This document shows positions 26,653 to 36,424 of a stretch of 64,000 nt of DNA, piece by piece. Positions within the stretch are counted from its first letter, which is position 1. The number at the start of each line of letters is the position of its first letter. The translations under genes and the position numbers were made by a program. Below the pieces are notes generated by a model. That model was not told the origin of the DNA, did no database searches, and saw only the letters and a list, made by a program, of their open reading frames with translations. The stretch lies in NCBI GenBank assembly GCA_963705915.1, contig OY970126.1:687893-751892 (forward strand), read 5' to 3'. This DNA comes from an uncultured bacterium. Its GTDB lineage: Bacteria; Patescibacteriota; Minisyncoccia; UBA6257; 2-01-FULL-56-20.

Positions 26653-27534
26653 TTAGCGCAAGATCACGAGTGAGATCACGCCGATGAGGACGCAGTAAAC
26701 CGCAAACGGGATCAGCGTTTTTCGCTTGAAATATTTTGCCAAAAATGTTGCCGAGAAATAAGCGGCGATCGCCGCAGCGATGGCGCCGGCGAGCGTCACG
26801 AGGAGCGTCTGCGTGTCCGCCGTGGCGACGAGCGGAGGTAGTTCGAGAACCGCTGCGGCGCCGATGATCGGTGTCGCGAGTAAAAACGAATAGCGGAGCG
26901 CATCTTCGTGCGAAAGGCCGACCATGAGCGAGCCGGCAAGCGTCGATCCCGTCCGTGAAAATCCCGGGATGAGCGCGAGCACTTGCATGATGCCGATTTT
27001 AAACGATTGCCACCAGGAGAGCTCTGCGGCGATGCGATGGTCACCGTCGGAAACCGCTGCCATGCTGACTTTTGCTTGTCTACGCAAGCGTTCGGCGAGG
27101 AGTAGCAATAATCCGTTTGCAATAAGAAAGAGCGCTGCCGATTGCGGCGAGAGAAGGAATCCCGTGATGTAATCTTTTGCGAGTAAGCCGACGATGCCGG
27201 CGGGGATGGTGCTCACCACAAGGAGCCAGCCAAGTTTTGCGTCCGGATCGTTGCTTTGGATTTCCCGCTCGCGGAGCGAACGGAAGATGCCCTTTATGAT
27301 CCGCCACCAATCCTCTCTATATATACCGAGAAGCACGAGCGCCGTTGCGAAATGCGTTGCCACAAGGAACGTGAGAAACGCGTTGGCATTTTGGTTGATA
27401 TTCCAGCCGAGGAGTCCCGGCAAAAGCACGCTGTGTCCCAGGCTTGAGATGGGGAAAAGCTCGGTAATGCCCTGCGTAAGGCCGATGATAATAGCCTGGG
27501 TGAATGAAATCATCGTTTCCATTGTACCATTCAA
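26653..27534 (-). CDS. uppP: undecaprenyl-diphosphatase
   Basis: GxTELFPISSLGH and PGxSRSG motifs; real start may be the ATG at 27522. Confidence 0.85.
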   Translation of the reverse strand: MNGTMETMISFTQAIIIGLTQGITELFPISSLGHSVLLPGLLGWNINQNANAFLTFLVATHFATALVLLGIYREDWWRIIKGIFRSLREREIQSNDPDAKLGWLLVVSTIPAGIVGLLAKDYITGFLLSPQSAALFLIANGLLLLLAERLRRQAKVSMAAVSDGDHRIAAELSWWQSFKIGIMQVLALIPGFSRTGSTLAGSLMVGLSHEDALRYSFLLATPIIGAAAVLELPPLVATADTQTLLVTLAGAIAAAIAAYFSATFLAKYFKRKTLIPFAVYCVLIGVISLVILR

Positions 27535-27536
27535 CT

Positions 27537-28640
27537 ATGCGAATCATTGGCCACCTCGACATGGACGCTTTCTTTGCCTCCATTGAAGAACGGGACAATC
27601 CGCGCTTTGCCGGGCGGCCGATTGTTGTCGGCGCCGATCCAAAAGGTGGCCGCGGCAGGGGCGTTGTCTCCACCGCAAATTACAAAGCCCGCGAGTACGG
27701 TATCCGTTCAGCACTCCCGATTTCGACGGCGTGGAAAAATGCGGAAGCCGCGCGGCAAGCCGGCAAGCCAGCCGTTGTTTTTGTTGAAGGCCATTATGAA
27801 CGATATGCCGAAGTTTCCCATCGTATCATGGAGATTTTGACAACCTATGTACGGCACATCGAACAGGCGAGCGTCGACGAAGCCTATTTCGATATTTCCG
27901 AGGCCGGATCATATGAAGCGGCAGTCGACATTGCGAAGAAGATAAAAGCAGATATAAAGGCTCATGAAAAACTGACGGCTTCCATCGGCATTGGCCCGAA
28001 CAAGTTAATAGCAAAGATTGCGTCCGACCGGCAAAAACCGGACGGCCTCACCGTTGTCCGCGCGGAAGACGCAGAAGCCTTCCTCGAATCTCTTTCCGTC
28101 CGAGCCATCCCCGGCGTTGGACCAAAGACTGAAATGGCATTTAAATCATTAAAAATTTATAAAATCAAAGACGCCAAAAAGTTATCCGAAAATGACCTCG
28201 CAACGATGATGGGGAAGTGGGGTCCGGAGCTTTATAGAAAACTGCGCGGCGAAGACGACGCGCCGCTCGTTGAGTTTTGGGAAGCAAAATCCATTGGTGA
28301 GCAGGAGACGTTTGAGCATGACGTAAGCGATCCCAAAATCCTCCAGAAAGCCCTCAAAGCCTTGGCCGCAGAAGTGTATGACCGGTTTCGCGCTAGCGAC
28401 TTCACATCATTCCGCACCGTGACGCTCATTGTCCGTTTTGCCGATTTCACAACAAAAACCCGTGCAACGACGCTCGCAAAACCGGCCAGCGACCTCGAAA
28501 CCCTGCAATTCCAGTCGCTCAGGCTTTCTATGCCATTCTTTGACGCACGAGAAAATCCAAAGCGGCAAGCGTTTCGTTTGATTGGCGTGCGCCTCGAAAA
28601 ACTTGCTAATATTCCGGCGTTGGCTCTCCGGGAATCATAG
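27537..28640 (+). CDS. dinB: DNA polymerase IV (Y-family)
   Basis: HLDMDAFFASIEERDNP ... SIGIGPNKLIAKIASD; start moved to MRIIGHLDMD. Confidence 0.9.
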   Translation: MRIIGHLDMDAFFASIEERDNPRFAGRPIVVGADPKGGRGRGVVSTANYKAREYGIRSALPISTAWKNAEAARQAGKPAVVFVEGHYERYAEVSHRIMEILTTYVRHIEQASVDEAYFDISEAGSYEAAVDIAKKIKADIKAHEKLTASIGIGPNKLIAKIASDRQKPDGLTVVRAEDAEAFLESLSVRAIPGVGPKTEMAFKSLKIYKIKDAKKLSENDLATMMGKWGPELYRKLRGEDDAPLVEFWEAKSIGEQETFEHDVSDPKILQKALKALAAEVYDRFRASDFTSFRTVTLIVRFADFTTKTRATTLAKPASDLETLQFQSLRLSMPFFDARENPKRQAFRLIGVRLEKLANIPALALRES

Positions 28641-28845
28641 GTCCTGATGTTGGCGTTCCCGATGCGGAGACGATGATCGTCGTCGTTTGCGAGATCGAAG
28701 AACTCACCGTTTCGATTGGCGTCGCAACGGGATTCGATGTCAGCAGTGCGTTCGCCGCGTTGCCTCCGGTTGAGTACCAGACGGCGGCGCCGATCACGAT
28801 CATGATCACAATGCCGACGAGAAGGATGATGGATGATTTGGTCAT
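28606..28845 (-). CDS. small membrane-anchored Thr/Ser-rich protein, hypothetical
   Basis: internal start MTKSSIILLVGIVIM (TM helix); overlaps the dinB 3' end by 35 nt. Confidence 0.3.
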   Translation of the reverse strand: MTKSSIILLVGIVIMIVIGAAVWYSTGGNAANALLTSNPVATPIETVSSSISQTTTIIVSASGTPTSGPMIPGEPTPEY

Positions 28846-28870
28846 CGTATCTATTAATGATACTTCATAA

Positions 28871-28908
28871 ATAAAAAAAGAAGCTCCGGCATGGCGATGC
28901 TGGAGCTT
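28871..28908 (-). terminator. intrinsic terminator (minus strand) downstream of gene 29120..29575
   Basis: 11-bp stem agctccggcat/atgctggagct, loop ggcg, then T-run on the minus strand. Confidence 0.45.
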
Positions 28909-29119
28909 TGGTCTGTAGGTGAGGATAGGATCCTCTAGTGTAGGAGACCCGCGATCTTCGTGTCGCGATGGCACTAGTTGATCCCGTCTTCACTTATTAC
29001 TACTAAAACTGCTTAGATATTACCAAAGAACAAACTGATAAGTCAATACCTTCCAAGAGGCCCGGAAAATAAGGCAAAAATGGCTGGTCGCCGTTGGGGC
29101 GGCGATCAGCCGAAGGTTT

Positions 29120-29575
29120 TCAGTGCTTCGCGATGAATGCCATGTTATGGAGACCATCGGCAGCGATTCCCGTGGCACGCGCCACATTGATCGCTGTCGC
29201 GACGTATTTCCATCGCCCCCCGTGGCGGTATATCCGCTGGCTTGCAAAGCTGACCCCGAAGTTCACGATGCCATTTGCGGCGATGACCGCACCGGCATTG
29301 CGATTTCCGAGAAACTTTGCCCATCCAGTTTCAACGCCACCCGAGTGATCGATACCGATGACGGTGGTTGTAGAATCCAACCCCGTCGCTCCGAGGAGAT
29401 ACCAACGAGAAGCTTTGTAGGCGAGGTCGATTTTGTCGGCTGGCCTACTCTGCTCCAAGAAAGTGTCTCTTGAAAAGCGTGGGATCGGTTGGATCGTTTG
29501 AGCGAATGCTTTTGACAGGTCGCCACCAATCAAAAGCAGCATAGTTATCGCGAAGACAACGCTTCGAGTGTTCAA
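29120..29575 (-). CDS. secreted hypothetical protein with signal peptide
   Basis: N-terminal signal peptide ending AFA-QT. Confidence 0.5.
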   Translation of the reverse strand: MNTRSVVFAITMLLLIGGDLSKAFAQTIQPIPRFSRDTFLEQSRPADKIDLAYKASRWYLLGATGLDSTTTVIGIDHSGGVETGWAKFLGNRNAGAVIAANGIVNFGVSFASQRIYRHGGRWKYVATAINVARATGIAADGLHNMAFIAKH

Positions 29576-29641
29576 GGTACAGGCCCCTCCTAAAGGGCCG
29601 GAAGTATTCTAACACAAAATTATAGATTTGTCATCTGCCTG

Positions 29642-30079
29642 CTATTCGGCGCTCCGCATCTCGCGTTCGTGCGAGCGTTTTTTGATAACCTCTCGCTTGT
29701 CGGATTTCTTACGTCCACGTCCAAGACCCAATTCTAATTTAATAAAATGATTTTTGAGATACACCCGGAGCGGCACCAAAACCCGTCCTTTTTCTTGCAG
29801 CGCACCGGTCAGTTCTTTGATTTCATCTTTTGTTAATAACAATCTCCGTGAACGATCCTCTTCGTAATCGGTCGGCGTGTTTTTGGGTTGATAGGGCGGG
29901 ATATGAGAATTCACGAGCCACGCTTCTTCGCCGCGTATCAAAACGCGGGCACCGGCGATTTGGAAATGTCCGTTGCGCACACTCTTCACTTCGTAGCCGC
30001 GGAGTTCGACGCCGGCTTCGTAGGTGTCCGAAATTTCGTAATCGAACGGCGCTCGTCTGTTTTCTGCAAGGGCTTCCAT
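29642..30079 (-). CDS. smpB: SsrA-binding protein
   Basis: NRRAPFDYEI...GYEVKS...LLL...LYLKNHFIKLELGLGRGRKKSDKRE matches SmpB. Confidence 0.9.
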   Translation of the reverse strand: MEALAENRRAPFDYEISDTYEAGVELRGYEVKSVRNGHFQIAGARVLIRGEEAWLVNSHIPPYQPKNTPTDYEEDRSRRLLLTKDEIKELTGALQEKGRVLVPLRVYLKNHFIKLELGLGRGRKKSDKREVIKKRSHEREMRSAE

Positions 30080-30245
30080 AAGGGTATGTTTCGCGTTATC
30101 GTAATTGAAAAGCTTGAGAGACCCGAGTCTTGGGGAGGAGTTCTAGCTGTGGCCATCGTCTACTGGAGGTTTGTACCTCGACGATAGACGATGAAGCCCT
30201 CGGATCTCTCGCTCTCATTATCCCGTATACGCCCAAAGGGTTCAA

Positions 30246-31973
30246 ATGAAAGACATTATCCTCACTCTATTGAAGAATGCCCTTGGCACGGAGGCATCCG
30301 TGGAGCTTTCTGTTCCCGAAGATCTGCATTTTGGGCATTATTCCACGAATGTCGCCATGCGGCTTGCGAAGGCGCGTGGCCAGAATCCGTTCAAGCTCGC
30401 TGAAGAGCTTGCGGCGGACATTCAGAGGGCAGCTCCGGCAGGATTTTTTGAAAAAGTTGAGGCCGTTGCTCCGGGTTTTATCAACTTTTGGTTAAGCAAG
30501 AAAGCCATCCAAGATGAACTCGGCGGTGTCGCTCGGCTAAAAAACTTCGGCGCGAATGAGACGGGGAACAAGAAAACCGTGATTGTCGAATATTCTTCGG
30601 TGAATATTGCAAAGACGATGAACCTTGGGCATTTCCGCACGACGATCATCGGTGAATCGCTCGCGCGCCTTCTTGAAAGCTCCGGATACCACGTTGTCCG
30701 CTGGAATTATCTGGGTGATTGGGGAACGCAGTTTGGCAAACTCATCGCCGCATATAAATTGTGGGGGAATAAGAACATTGTTGAGGCAGCTCCCGTTGAA
30801 GAACTGCAGAAGCTCTATGTTCGTTTCCACGAAGAGGCAAAGGTGGATGAGTCGCTTGAAAAGCGTGGCCAGGAAGAATTCCAGAAACTGGAATCAGGCG
30901 ATAAAGAAAACCGCAAGCTTTGGGAGTGGTTTAAAAAAGAATCATTGGAAGAATTTAAAAATTTGTACGCCATGCTCGGCGTCGATTTCGACGTCTGGAT
31001 CGGTGAGAGTTTCTTTGAAGACAAGATGAAAGGCGTTGCGCAAGAACTCGTGGAGAAGAATATCGCCGAACGGAGCGAAGGCGCGCTCGTGGTAAAGCTC
31101 GACGAATTTAATCTGCCGCCGGCGCTCATCGAAAAATCTGACGGCGCGAGTCTGTATCTCACCCGTGATATTGCGAATCTGGAATATCGCTTGGAAAAAT
31201 ACAAGCCGTCAAAAATGCTCTACATCGTTGCGAACGAACAGGCGTTGCATTTCGAGCAACTCTTTGCGATTGCGAAAATCTTGAAGTGGGCCGGTGACGA
31301 CAAAGCAGAACTCACGCATGTGAAGTACGGCCTCGTGCTTGGCGAAGGCGGTAAAAAACTTTCAACGCGCGAAGGAAGAGGTATTTCAATGAAGCAAGCA
31401 CTTGAAAAAGCTGTTACGCTCGCTCGCGACATCGTTGAGAAGAAAAATCCTGATCTCAGCGCAACGGAGAAAGATAACATCGCCCGTGCCGTTGGCCTCG
31501 GAGCGCTCAAATACAACGACCTCAAAGAGAACCGGATGACGGACATAGCATTCGACTGGGATAAAATGCTTGATTTTACGGGCGATAGCGGCCCTTACCT
31601 CCAATATACCTATGCGCGTCTGCGGAGCATTGAACGGAAGGGCGGCATCACGGCGAATGCGTTCAAAACGAGCGCCACAAAAAAGGCGGATTTCTCACTG
31701 CTCGATTCGGAAAACGAACTCGCCCTCGCGCGAAAAATTTTTGAGTTCCCCGATGTCGTCATGAAATCTGCCGAACTGTATTCAACAAGCACGCTCGCGA
31801 CGTATCTTTATAGACTTGCTGGCACCGCGAACAAGTTTTATGAAACGACTCCGATTTTGAAGGATGAAAACGAAAAACGCCGCGTCGCGCGCCTCGCGCT
31901 CGTTGATGTTGCCGCAAGGACCTTGCACTCCGGACTTGCCTTACTCGGCATCGAGGCGCCGGAGCAGATTTGA
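30246..31973 (+). CDS. argS: arginine--tRNA ligase
   Basis: class I catalytic core plus C-terminal DALR anticodon-binding domain. Confidence 0.9.
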   Translation: MKDIILTLLKNALGTEASVELSVPEDLHFGHYSTNVAMRLAKARGQNPFKLAEELAADIQRAAPAGFFEKVEAVAPGFINFWLSKKAIQDELGGVARLKNFGANETGNKKTVIVEYSSVNIAKTMNLGHFRTTIIGESLARLLESSGYHVVRWNYLGDWGTQFGKLIAAYKLWGNKNIVEAAPVEELQKLYVRFHEEAKVDESLEKRGQEEFQKLESGDKENRKLWEWFKKESLEEFKNLYAMLGVDFDVWIGESFFEDKMKGVAQELVEKNIAERSEGALVVKLDEFNLPPALIEKSDGASLYLTRDIANLEYRLEKYKPSKMLYIVANEQALHFEQLFAIAKILKWAGDDKAELTHVKYGLVLGEGGKKLSTREGRGISMKQALEKAVTLARDIVEKKNPDLSATEKDNIARAVGLGALKYNDLKENRMTDIAFDWDKMLDFTGDSGPYLQYTYARLRSIERKGGITANAFKTSATKKADFSLLDSENELALARKIFEFPDVVMKSAELYSTSTLATYLYRLAGTANKFYETTPILKDENEKRRVARLALVDVAARTLHSGLALLGIEAPEQI

Positions 31974-32056
31974 TGAAAATTGACGGCTCAAGCCAAGGTT
32001 CGCTATAGTGCAAACAGAAAGTTTGCAAGAAAATAGTTTCGCTCGGAGGAGCCCCA

Positions 32057-32851
32057 ATGAGCAAATTCCAGCCGTTTTGCGGTGTTGCCGGAGTGCGGAC
32101 CGTCGAACAAGCATTAGCGGTCGCAGAGAAAGCGCCGAAAATCCCTGGGCGCAAAGTTGCCATCGGCGTCGTCACCACTCCGGAAAGCATCCGGGGAGAA
32201 CGCATTGACGGCCGGTGCGCCAAACCCGAGGACATCAAAAGAATTTTTGAAGGCTTGCATCAGGCAGGCCATGACGTCCTCAAGGTGCTTCATCTTTTTG
32301 ACCCCGGGAAAACATTCACATTGCTTTACGACAACGCCACCATGGTTCTCGACGTTGCCGGAGAACATTGTGATGCGATCCAGTTCAACACTTCGTGGCC
32401 GGATCCGCAAGCGATTGCGCGTCTCGCCACCTGCCCGCCGAGAAGGATCGGCCTCATCCTGCACGTCGGCAAGCGAGCGCTCAGAGAGACGACATATTCC
32501 CCGAGAGCATGTGCCGACAGAATTCTGAACGGCTACCCTCGAGTTTTTGATTATGTCATGTTCGATCAGAGTGATAGCAGGGGAACGTTGATCGACCCCG
32601 AATTTCACCGCCCATTTTTGCAAGAACTGTGGCGCGGTGATTCTCGGATCGGCCTTGCCGTCGCCGGAGGACTTTGGGTTGATAATTTGCACCGGCTCAA
32701 GTCTCTCTTGCTGGAATTTCCCAACCTCTCGATGGACGCACAGACGAGCGTCCATGATGCCGATGGAAGATTCTCCGTCGACCGATCGCTGCAACTCTTG
32801 GGCGGATTCGAGAATCTCACGCGAGAAACCCTTTTGTGCCCGACCGGATGA
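32057..32851 (+). CDS. TIM-barrel protein related to phosphoribosylanthranilate isomerase (TrpF/PRAI family), orphan
   Basis: FCGVAGVRTVEQALAVAE, FDYVMFDQSDSRGTLIDPEF and LAVAGGLWVDNL align with TrpF signature regions. Confidence 0.5.
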   Translation: MSKFQPFCGVAGVRTVEQALAVAEKAPKIPGRKVAIGVVTTPESIRGERIDGRCAKPEDIKRIFEGLHQAGHDVLKVLHLFDPGKTFTLLYDNATMVLDVAGEHCDAIQFNTSWPDPQAIARLATCPPRRIGLILHVGKRALRETTYSPRACADRILNGYPRVFDYVMFDQSDSRGTLIDPEFHRPFLQELWRGDSRIGLAVAGGLWVDNLHRLKSLLLEFPNLSMDAQTSVHDADGRFSVDRSLQLLGGFENLTRETLLCPTG

Positions 32852-32876
32852 ACCTATCCGGCGGGCGTTTTTTTTG
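32837..32876 (+). terminator. intrinsic terminator overlapping the stop codon of the TrpF-like gene, just upstream of ileS
   Basis: stem gcccgaccggat / atccggcgggc, loop gaacct, followed by TTTTTTTT. Confidence 0.65.
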
Positions 32877-32890
32877 TTATTTTATGAGGT

Positions 32891-35800
32891 ATGGCCGACG
32901 AACCGAAGCAAGAATTCAATCTCGCCAAGCTCGAAGAAAAAACGCTGGCGTCCTGGAATGAACACCATATTTTTGAAAGAAGTTTAGCGCAAACGGAAAA
33001 CGGCAAACCGTTCACGTTTTATGACGGTCCGCCTTTTGCGACCGGTCTGCCGCACTATGGCCACATTCTGGCCTCTACTATTAAAGACGTCGTGCCGCGT
33101 TACCAGACGATGCAAGGCCGCTACGTACGACGGCGCTGGGGTTGGGACTGTCATGGCCTGCCAATAGAAGAGATTGTTGAGCGTAAGCTTGGTATCTCAG
33201 GAAAAAAGCAAATCGAGGAAATCGGCATCAAGAAATTCAACGAGACATGCCGCAGTATGGTCTTGCAATACGTGTCCGAGTGGCGCGACATGGTCAACCG
33301 CATCGCGCGATGGGTTGATTTTGATAATTCGTATAAGACGATGGACACCGATTATATGGAATCGGTATGGTGGGCGTTCAAACAAATTTACGACAAAGAT
33401 CTCATCTACGAAGGGCGAAAAGTATTGCTGTATTGTCCGCGCTGCGAGACACCGCTTTCGAATTTTGAAGTCGCGATGGATAACAGTTATAAAGATGTGA
33501 GCGAAGAGTCGGTTTTTGTGAAGTTCAAAGTGAAGCCGGCACAAAAAATCGGACAGCATGTGGTTCGCGAAGACGACAAAATATATATGCTCGCATGGAC
33601 CACGACGCCGTGGACGTTGCCGGGGAACGTGGCGCTCGCCGTCGGCAGAGACGTCTCCTATGCGGTTGTCGATATGGATGGGGAAAAGTTAATTCTCGCA
33701 AAAGCGCTCATCGAAAAAGTTTTTCATCACGACATGGTGATTGAGCACGAGATCAAAGGATCGGATCTCGTTGGGCTCGCCTACGAGCCGTTGTTCGTCG
33801 TTGGCGCGGTGCAGGCAGATGAAAACGCCGAGCGGGCATTCAAAGTGTATGCCGCCGATTTTGTGACCACGGACGAAGGCACGGGCATCGTGCATACCGC
33901 CGTTGTCTATGGGGAAGACGACTACGCCCTCGGCGTGCGTGAACATTTGCCTGTCGTCCCGCTTCTCAATGAACAGGGGGTATTTAATGAAAAAGCACCG
34001 GAATTAGTCCGCGGACAATATTTCAAAAAAGCCGATCCGATTGTGATAGAAAATCTGCGCGAACGCGGTCTGCTATTCAGAAAAGAACTCCACACGCACT
34101 CATATCCGTTTTGCTGGCGTTGCGGAACCACCCTCTTCTATAACGCGATTCCGGCATGGTTTGTGAACGTGCAAAAAATAAAGCCGCAGCTTTTGAAGTC
34201 GAATGATAAGGAGGTCAATTGGTATCCGGAACATCTCAAACACGGCCGTTATGAAAAGAGCGTCGAAGCCGCGCCCGACTGGAATATTTCCCGCAATCGC
34301 TACTGGGGCAATCCCGTGCCGGTTTGGAAATGTGAAAAGTGCGAAGATGAAGTCGTCATCGGCAGTCTCGATGAACTCTCGAAGCACGCTGGCGGTGTAA
34401 AAAATAATTACTGGGCTATGCGTCATGGCGAATCGGAAAATATTATCTTTAAACTTCTCGACTCTGGCGACCAACATTTCCACCTCACCCCTCTTGGTAG
34501 AGAGCAGATCGCAAAAGCCGCAAAAAAATTGAAATCGGATAAGATCGATCTTGTTTTCTCGTCTGACCTTGAGCGCACCAAAGAAACTGCTGAGATCATA
34601 GAAAAAGAGATAGGCGTTCACGTCCATTTCGACAAGCGTCTCCGTGAGATGAATTTCGGAAACCTTTCGGGTAAGCCTGCGGCGGTATACACATCAGCCT
34701 TTCCAAGGCAGGAGAGTCGTTTTGAGGGAAAAGTTGAACCTGCGGGTGAATCGCTCCGCGATGTCCGTACGCGGGTGTGGGATTTTCTCCGTGAGATGGA
34801 AGAAAAACATCACGGCAAAAATATTTTGATTATAAGTCACGCGGATCCTATATGGATGCTGTCGCAGATTGCCTATGGCTGGAGTGAAAAAGAAACAGCG
34901 GCCAAAAAAGACGACGAGAAAGGCTTCATGGAACCGGGTGAGATACTCAAGCTTCCCGTAAAAAATATCCCCCGCAACGACACAGGCGCTGCCGATATGC
35001 ACCGTCCCTACATCGATGAAATAACATTCCCATGTTCCAATAAAAAGTGCGATGGCACCATGACGCGCACGCCGGAGATTTTTGATTCATGGATGGAAGC
35101 CGGCTCGATGCCATTCGCCGAATATCATTATCCGTTGGAAAATAAAAAAGTTTTCGAGAACCGATTCCCGGCGCAGTTTGTCGCCGAATATATTGCCCAG
35201 ACACGGGCATGGTTCTATGTGATGCACGTGAATTCGCAGATTTTATTCGGCCATGCCCCATTCGAAAATGTGGTGACGACGGGCACCATTCTCGCCGAAG
35301 ACGGATCGAAGATGAGCAAATCAAAAGGCAATTTCCCTGACCCCAAAATCGTGATCGACAAATACGGTGCGGACAGTCTCCGGTTCTATCTCATGAATTC
35401 CGTGGTGATGCAGGCCGACAACCTCAATTTTTCCGAGCAAGCCGTCGCGACCGTCTATCGAAAAGTCGCGCTCATCCTTTGGAACGTCGCAAAATTCTTT
35501 ACGACGTATGTTGAGCCAAGCGATCTCGTATTGGAAAAAATGGGCAAAGCCGCCACCGGAAGCTCTGTACCAGAAAACATCCTCGATCAGTGGATCACGG
35601 TGCGCACCAATGATCTCATCCGCACGGTCACGGGCAGTCTCGACGGCTATGACACCGTCCGCGCCACGCGCGCAATCCAGGAATATATTGATGATCTTTC
35701 GACGTGGTACCTTCGCCGGAGCCGCAAGCGAAAAGATCCAGGGTTCGTCGGCACGTTTTACACAAGCCTCATGACGGCTGCAAAAGTGATCGCGCCATTC

Positions 35801-36424
35801 ATGCCGTTCCTCGCCGACGAACTGTACACAGCGCTCAAACCCTATAGCCACGGCATAGGATCCGCAGAATCCGTCCATCTCACTGAATGGCCAACGGCAG
35901 ATAAGCAAAAAAATAAAGCTGCCGACGAGGCGTTGCTCGCGGACATGGCCGAAGTGCGCCGCCTCGCAAGTCTCGGACTTGGATTGCGTTCCGATGCAAA
36001 GATAAAAGTGCGACAGCCGCTCGCATCGATCACGATAAAAAATGCACAGCTCTCGCACGAACTGTCCGTGATCCTCGCCGAAGAGGTGAATGTGAAGCAG
36101 GTGAAAGTTGATGAAAAAATGGCCGACGAAATTTTACTTGACACGGCGATCACCGCTGAGCTTCGTGAAGAAGGTTTACTTCGCGAACTCATCCGCATGA
36201 TCCAAGGACTTCGCCAAGAAGCCGGCCTCGAACCGAAAGATGCCATTGCCGTGTTCGCAGAGCTTTCCGGCGACATCAAGTCCGCCGTCGAGCGCAACGC
36301 AGAATTTCTGAAAGACGAGGTGAACGCCGAATCACTTGACTACAAGCGATCGGATAACGTGAAAGCCCAAGAAGAAGCAAAAATCGACGGCGAGAACGTT
36401 TGGTTTGGGATTAGGAAGGCTTAG
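32891..36424 (+). CDS. ileS: isoleucine--tRNA ligase carrying an internal ~200-aa histidine phosphatase (PGAM-family) domain insertion
   Basis: class I ligase with HYGH, CP1 editing domain and KMSKS; between the conserved VIGSLDEL and HRPYIDEI...DSWMEAG blocks the ORF encodes AMRHGESEN ... LTPLGREQ ... FSSDLERTKETAEII ... ISHADPI, i.e. both catalytic His motifs of the RHG phosphatase superfamily. Confidence 0.9.
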   Translation: MADEPKQEFNLAKLEEKTLASWNEHHIFERSLAQTENGKPFTFYDGPPFATGLPHYGHILASTIKDVVPRYQTMQGRYVRRRWGWDCHGLPIEEIVERKLGISGKKQIEEIGIKKFNETCRSMVLQYVSEWRDMVNRIARWVDFDNSYKTMDTDYMESVWWAFKQIYDKDLIYEGRKVLLYCPRCETPLSNFEVAMDNSYKDVSEESVFVKFKVKPAQKIGQHVVREDDKIYMLAWTTTPWTLPGNVALAVGRDVSYAVVDMDGEKLILAKALIEKVFHHDMVIEHEIKGSDLVGLAYEPLFVVGAVQADENAERAFKVYAADFVTTDEGTGIVHTAVVYGEDDYALGVREHLPVVPLLNEQGVFNEKAPELVRGQYFKKADPIVIENLRERGLLFRKELHTHSYPFCWRCGTTLFYNAIPAWFVNVQKIKPQLLKSNDKEVNWYPEHLKHGRYEKSVEAAPDWNISRNRYWGNPVPVWKCEKCEDEVVIGSLDELSKHAGGVKNNYWAMRHGESENIIFKLLDSGDQHFHLTPLGREQIAKAAKKLKSDKIDLVFSSDLERTKETAEIIEKEIGVHVHFDKRLREMNFGNLSGKPAAVYTSAFPRQESRFEGKVEPAGESLRDVRTRVWDFLREMEEKHHGKNILIISHADPIWMLSQIAYGWSEKETAAKKDDEKGFMEPGEILKLPVKNIPRNDTGAADMHRPYIDEITFPCSNKKCDGTMTRTPEIFDSWMEAGSMPFAEYHYPLENKKVFENRFPAQFVAEYIAQTRAWFYVMHVNSQILFGHAPFENVVTTGTILAEDGSKMSKSKGNFPDPKIVIDKYGADSLRFYLMNSVVMQADNLNFSEQAVATVYRKVALILWNVAKFFTTYVEPSDLVLEKMGKAATGSSVPENILDQWITVRTNDLIRTVTGSLDGYDTVRATRAIQEYIDDLSTWYLRRSRKRKDPGFVGTFYTSLMTAAKVIAPFMPFLADELYTALKPYSHGIGSAESVHLTEWPTADKQKNKAADEALLADMAEVRRLASLGLGLRSDAKIKVRQPLASITIKNAQLSHELSVILAEEVNVKQVKVDEKMADEILLDTAITAELREEGLLRELIRMIQGLRQEAGLEPKDAIAVFAELSGDIKSAVERNAEFLKDEVNAESLDYKRSDNVKAQEEAKIDGENVWFGIRKA
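34397..34993 (+). other. in-frame histidine-phosphatase (phosphoglycerate-mutase-like) domain inserted within ileS
   Basis: bounded by IleRS-conserved sequence on both sides; contains RHGE and SHA catalytic motifs. Confidence 0.7.

Noticed and set aside
32852-32890. Possible T-box or attenuator leader upstream of ileS (also checked upstream of argS and trpS)
   Set aside because: Leaders are only 40-170 nt and contain simple terminator-type hairpins. No T-box consensus (AGGGUGGNACCGCG) or specifier-loop architecture seen.
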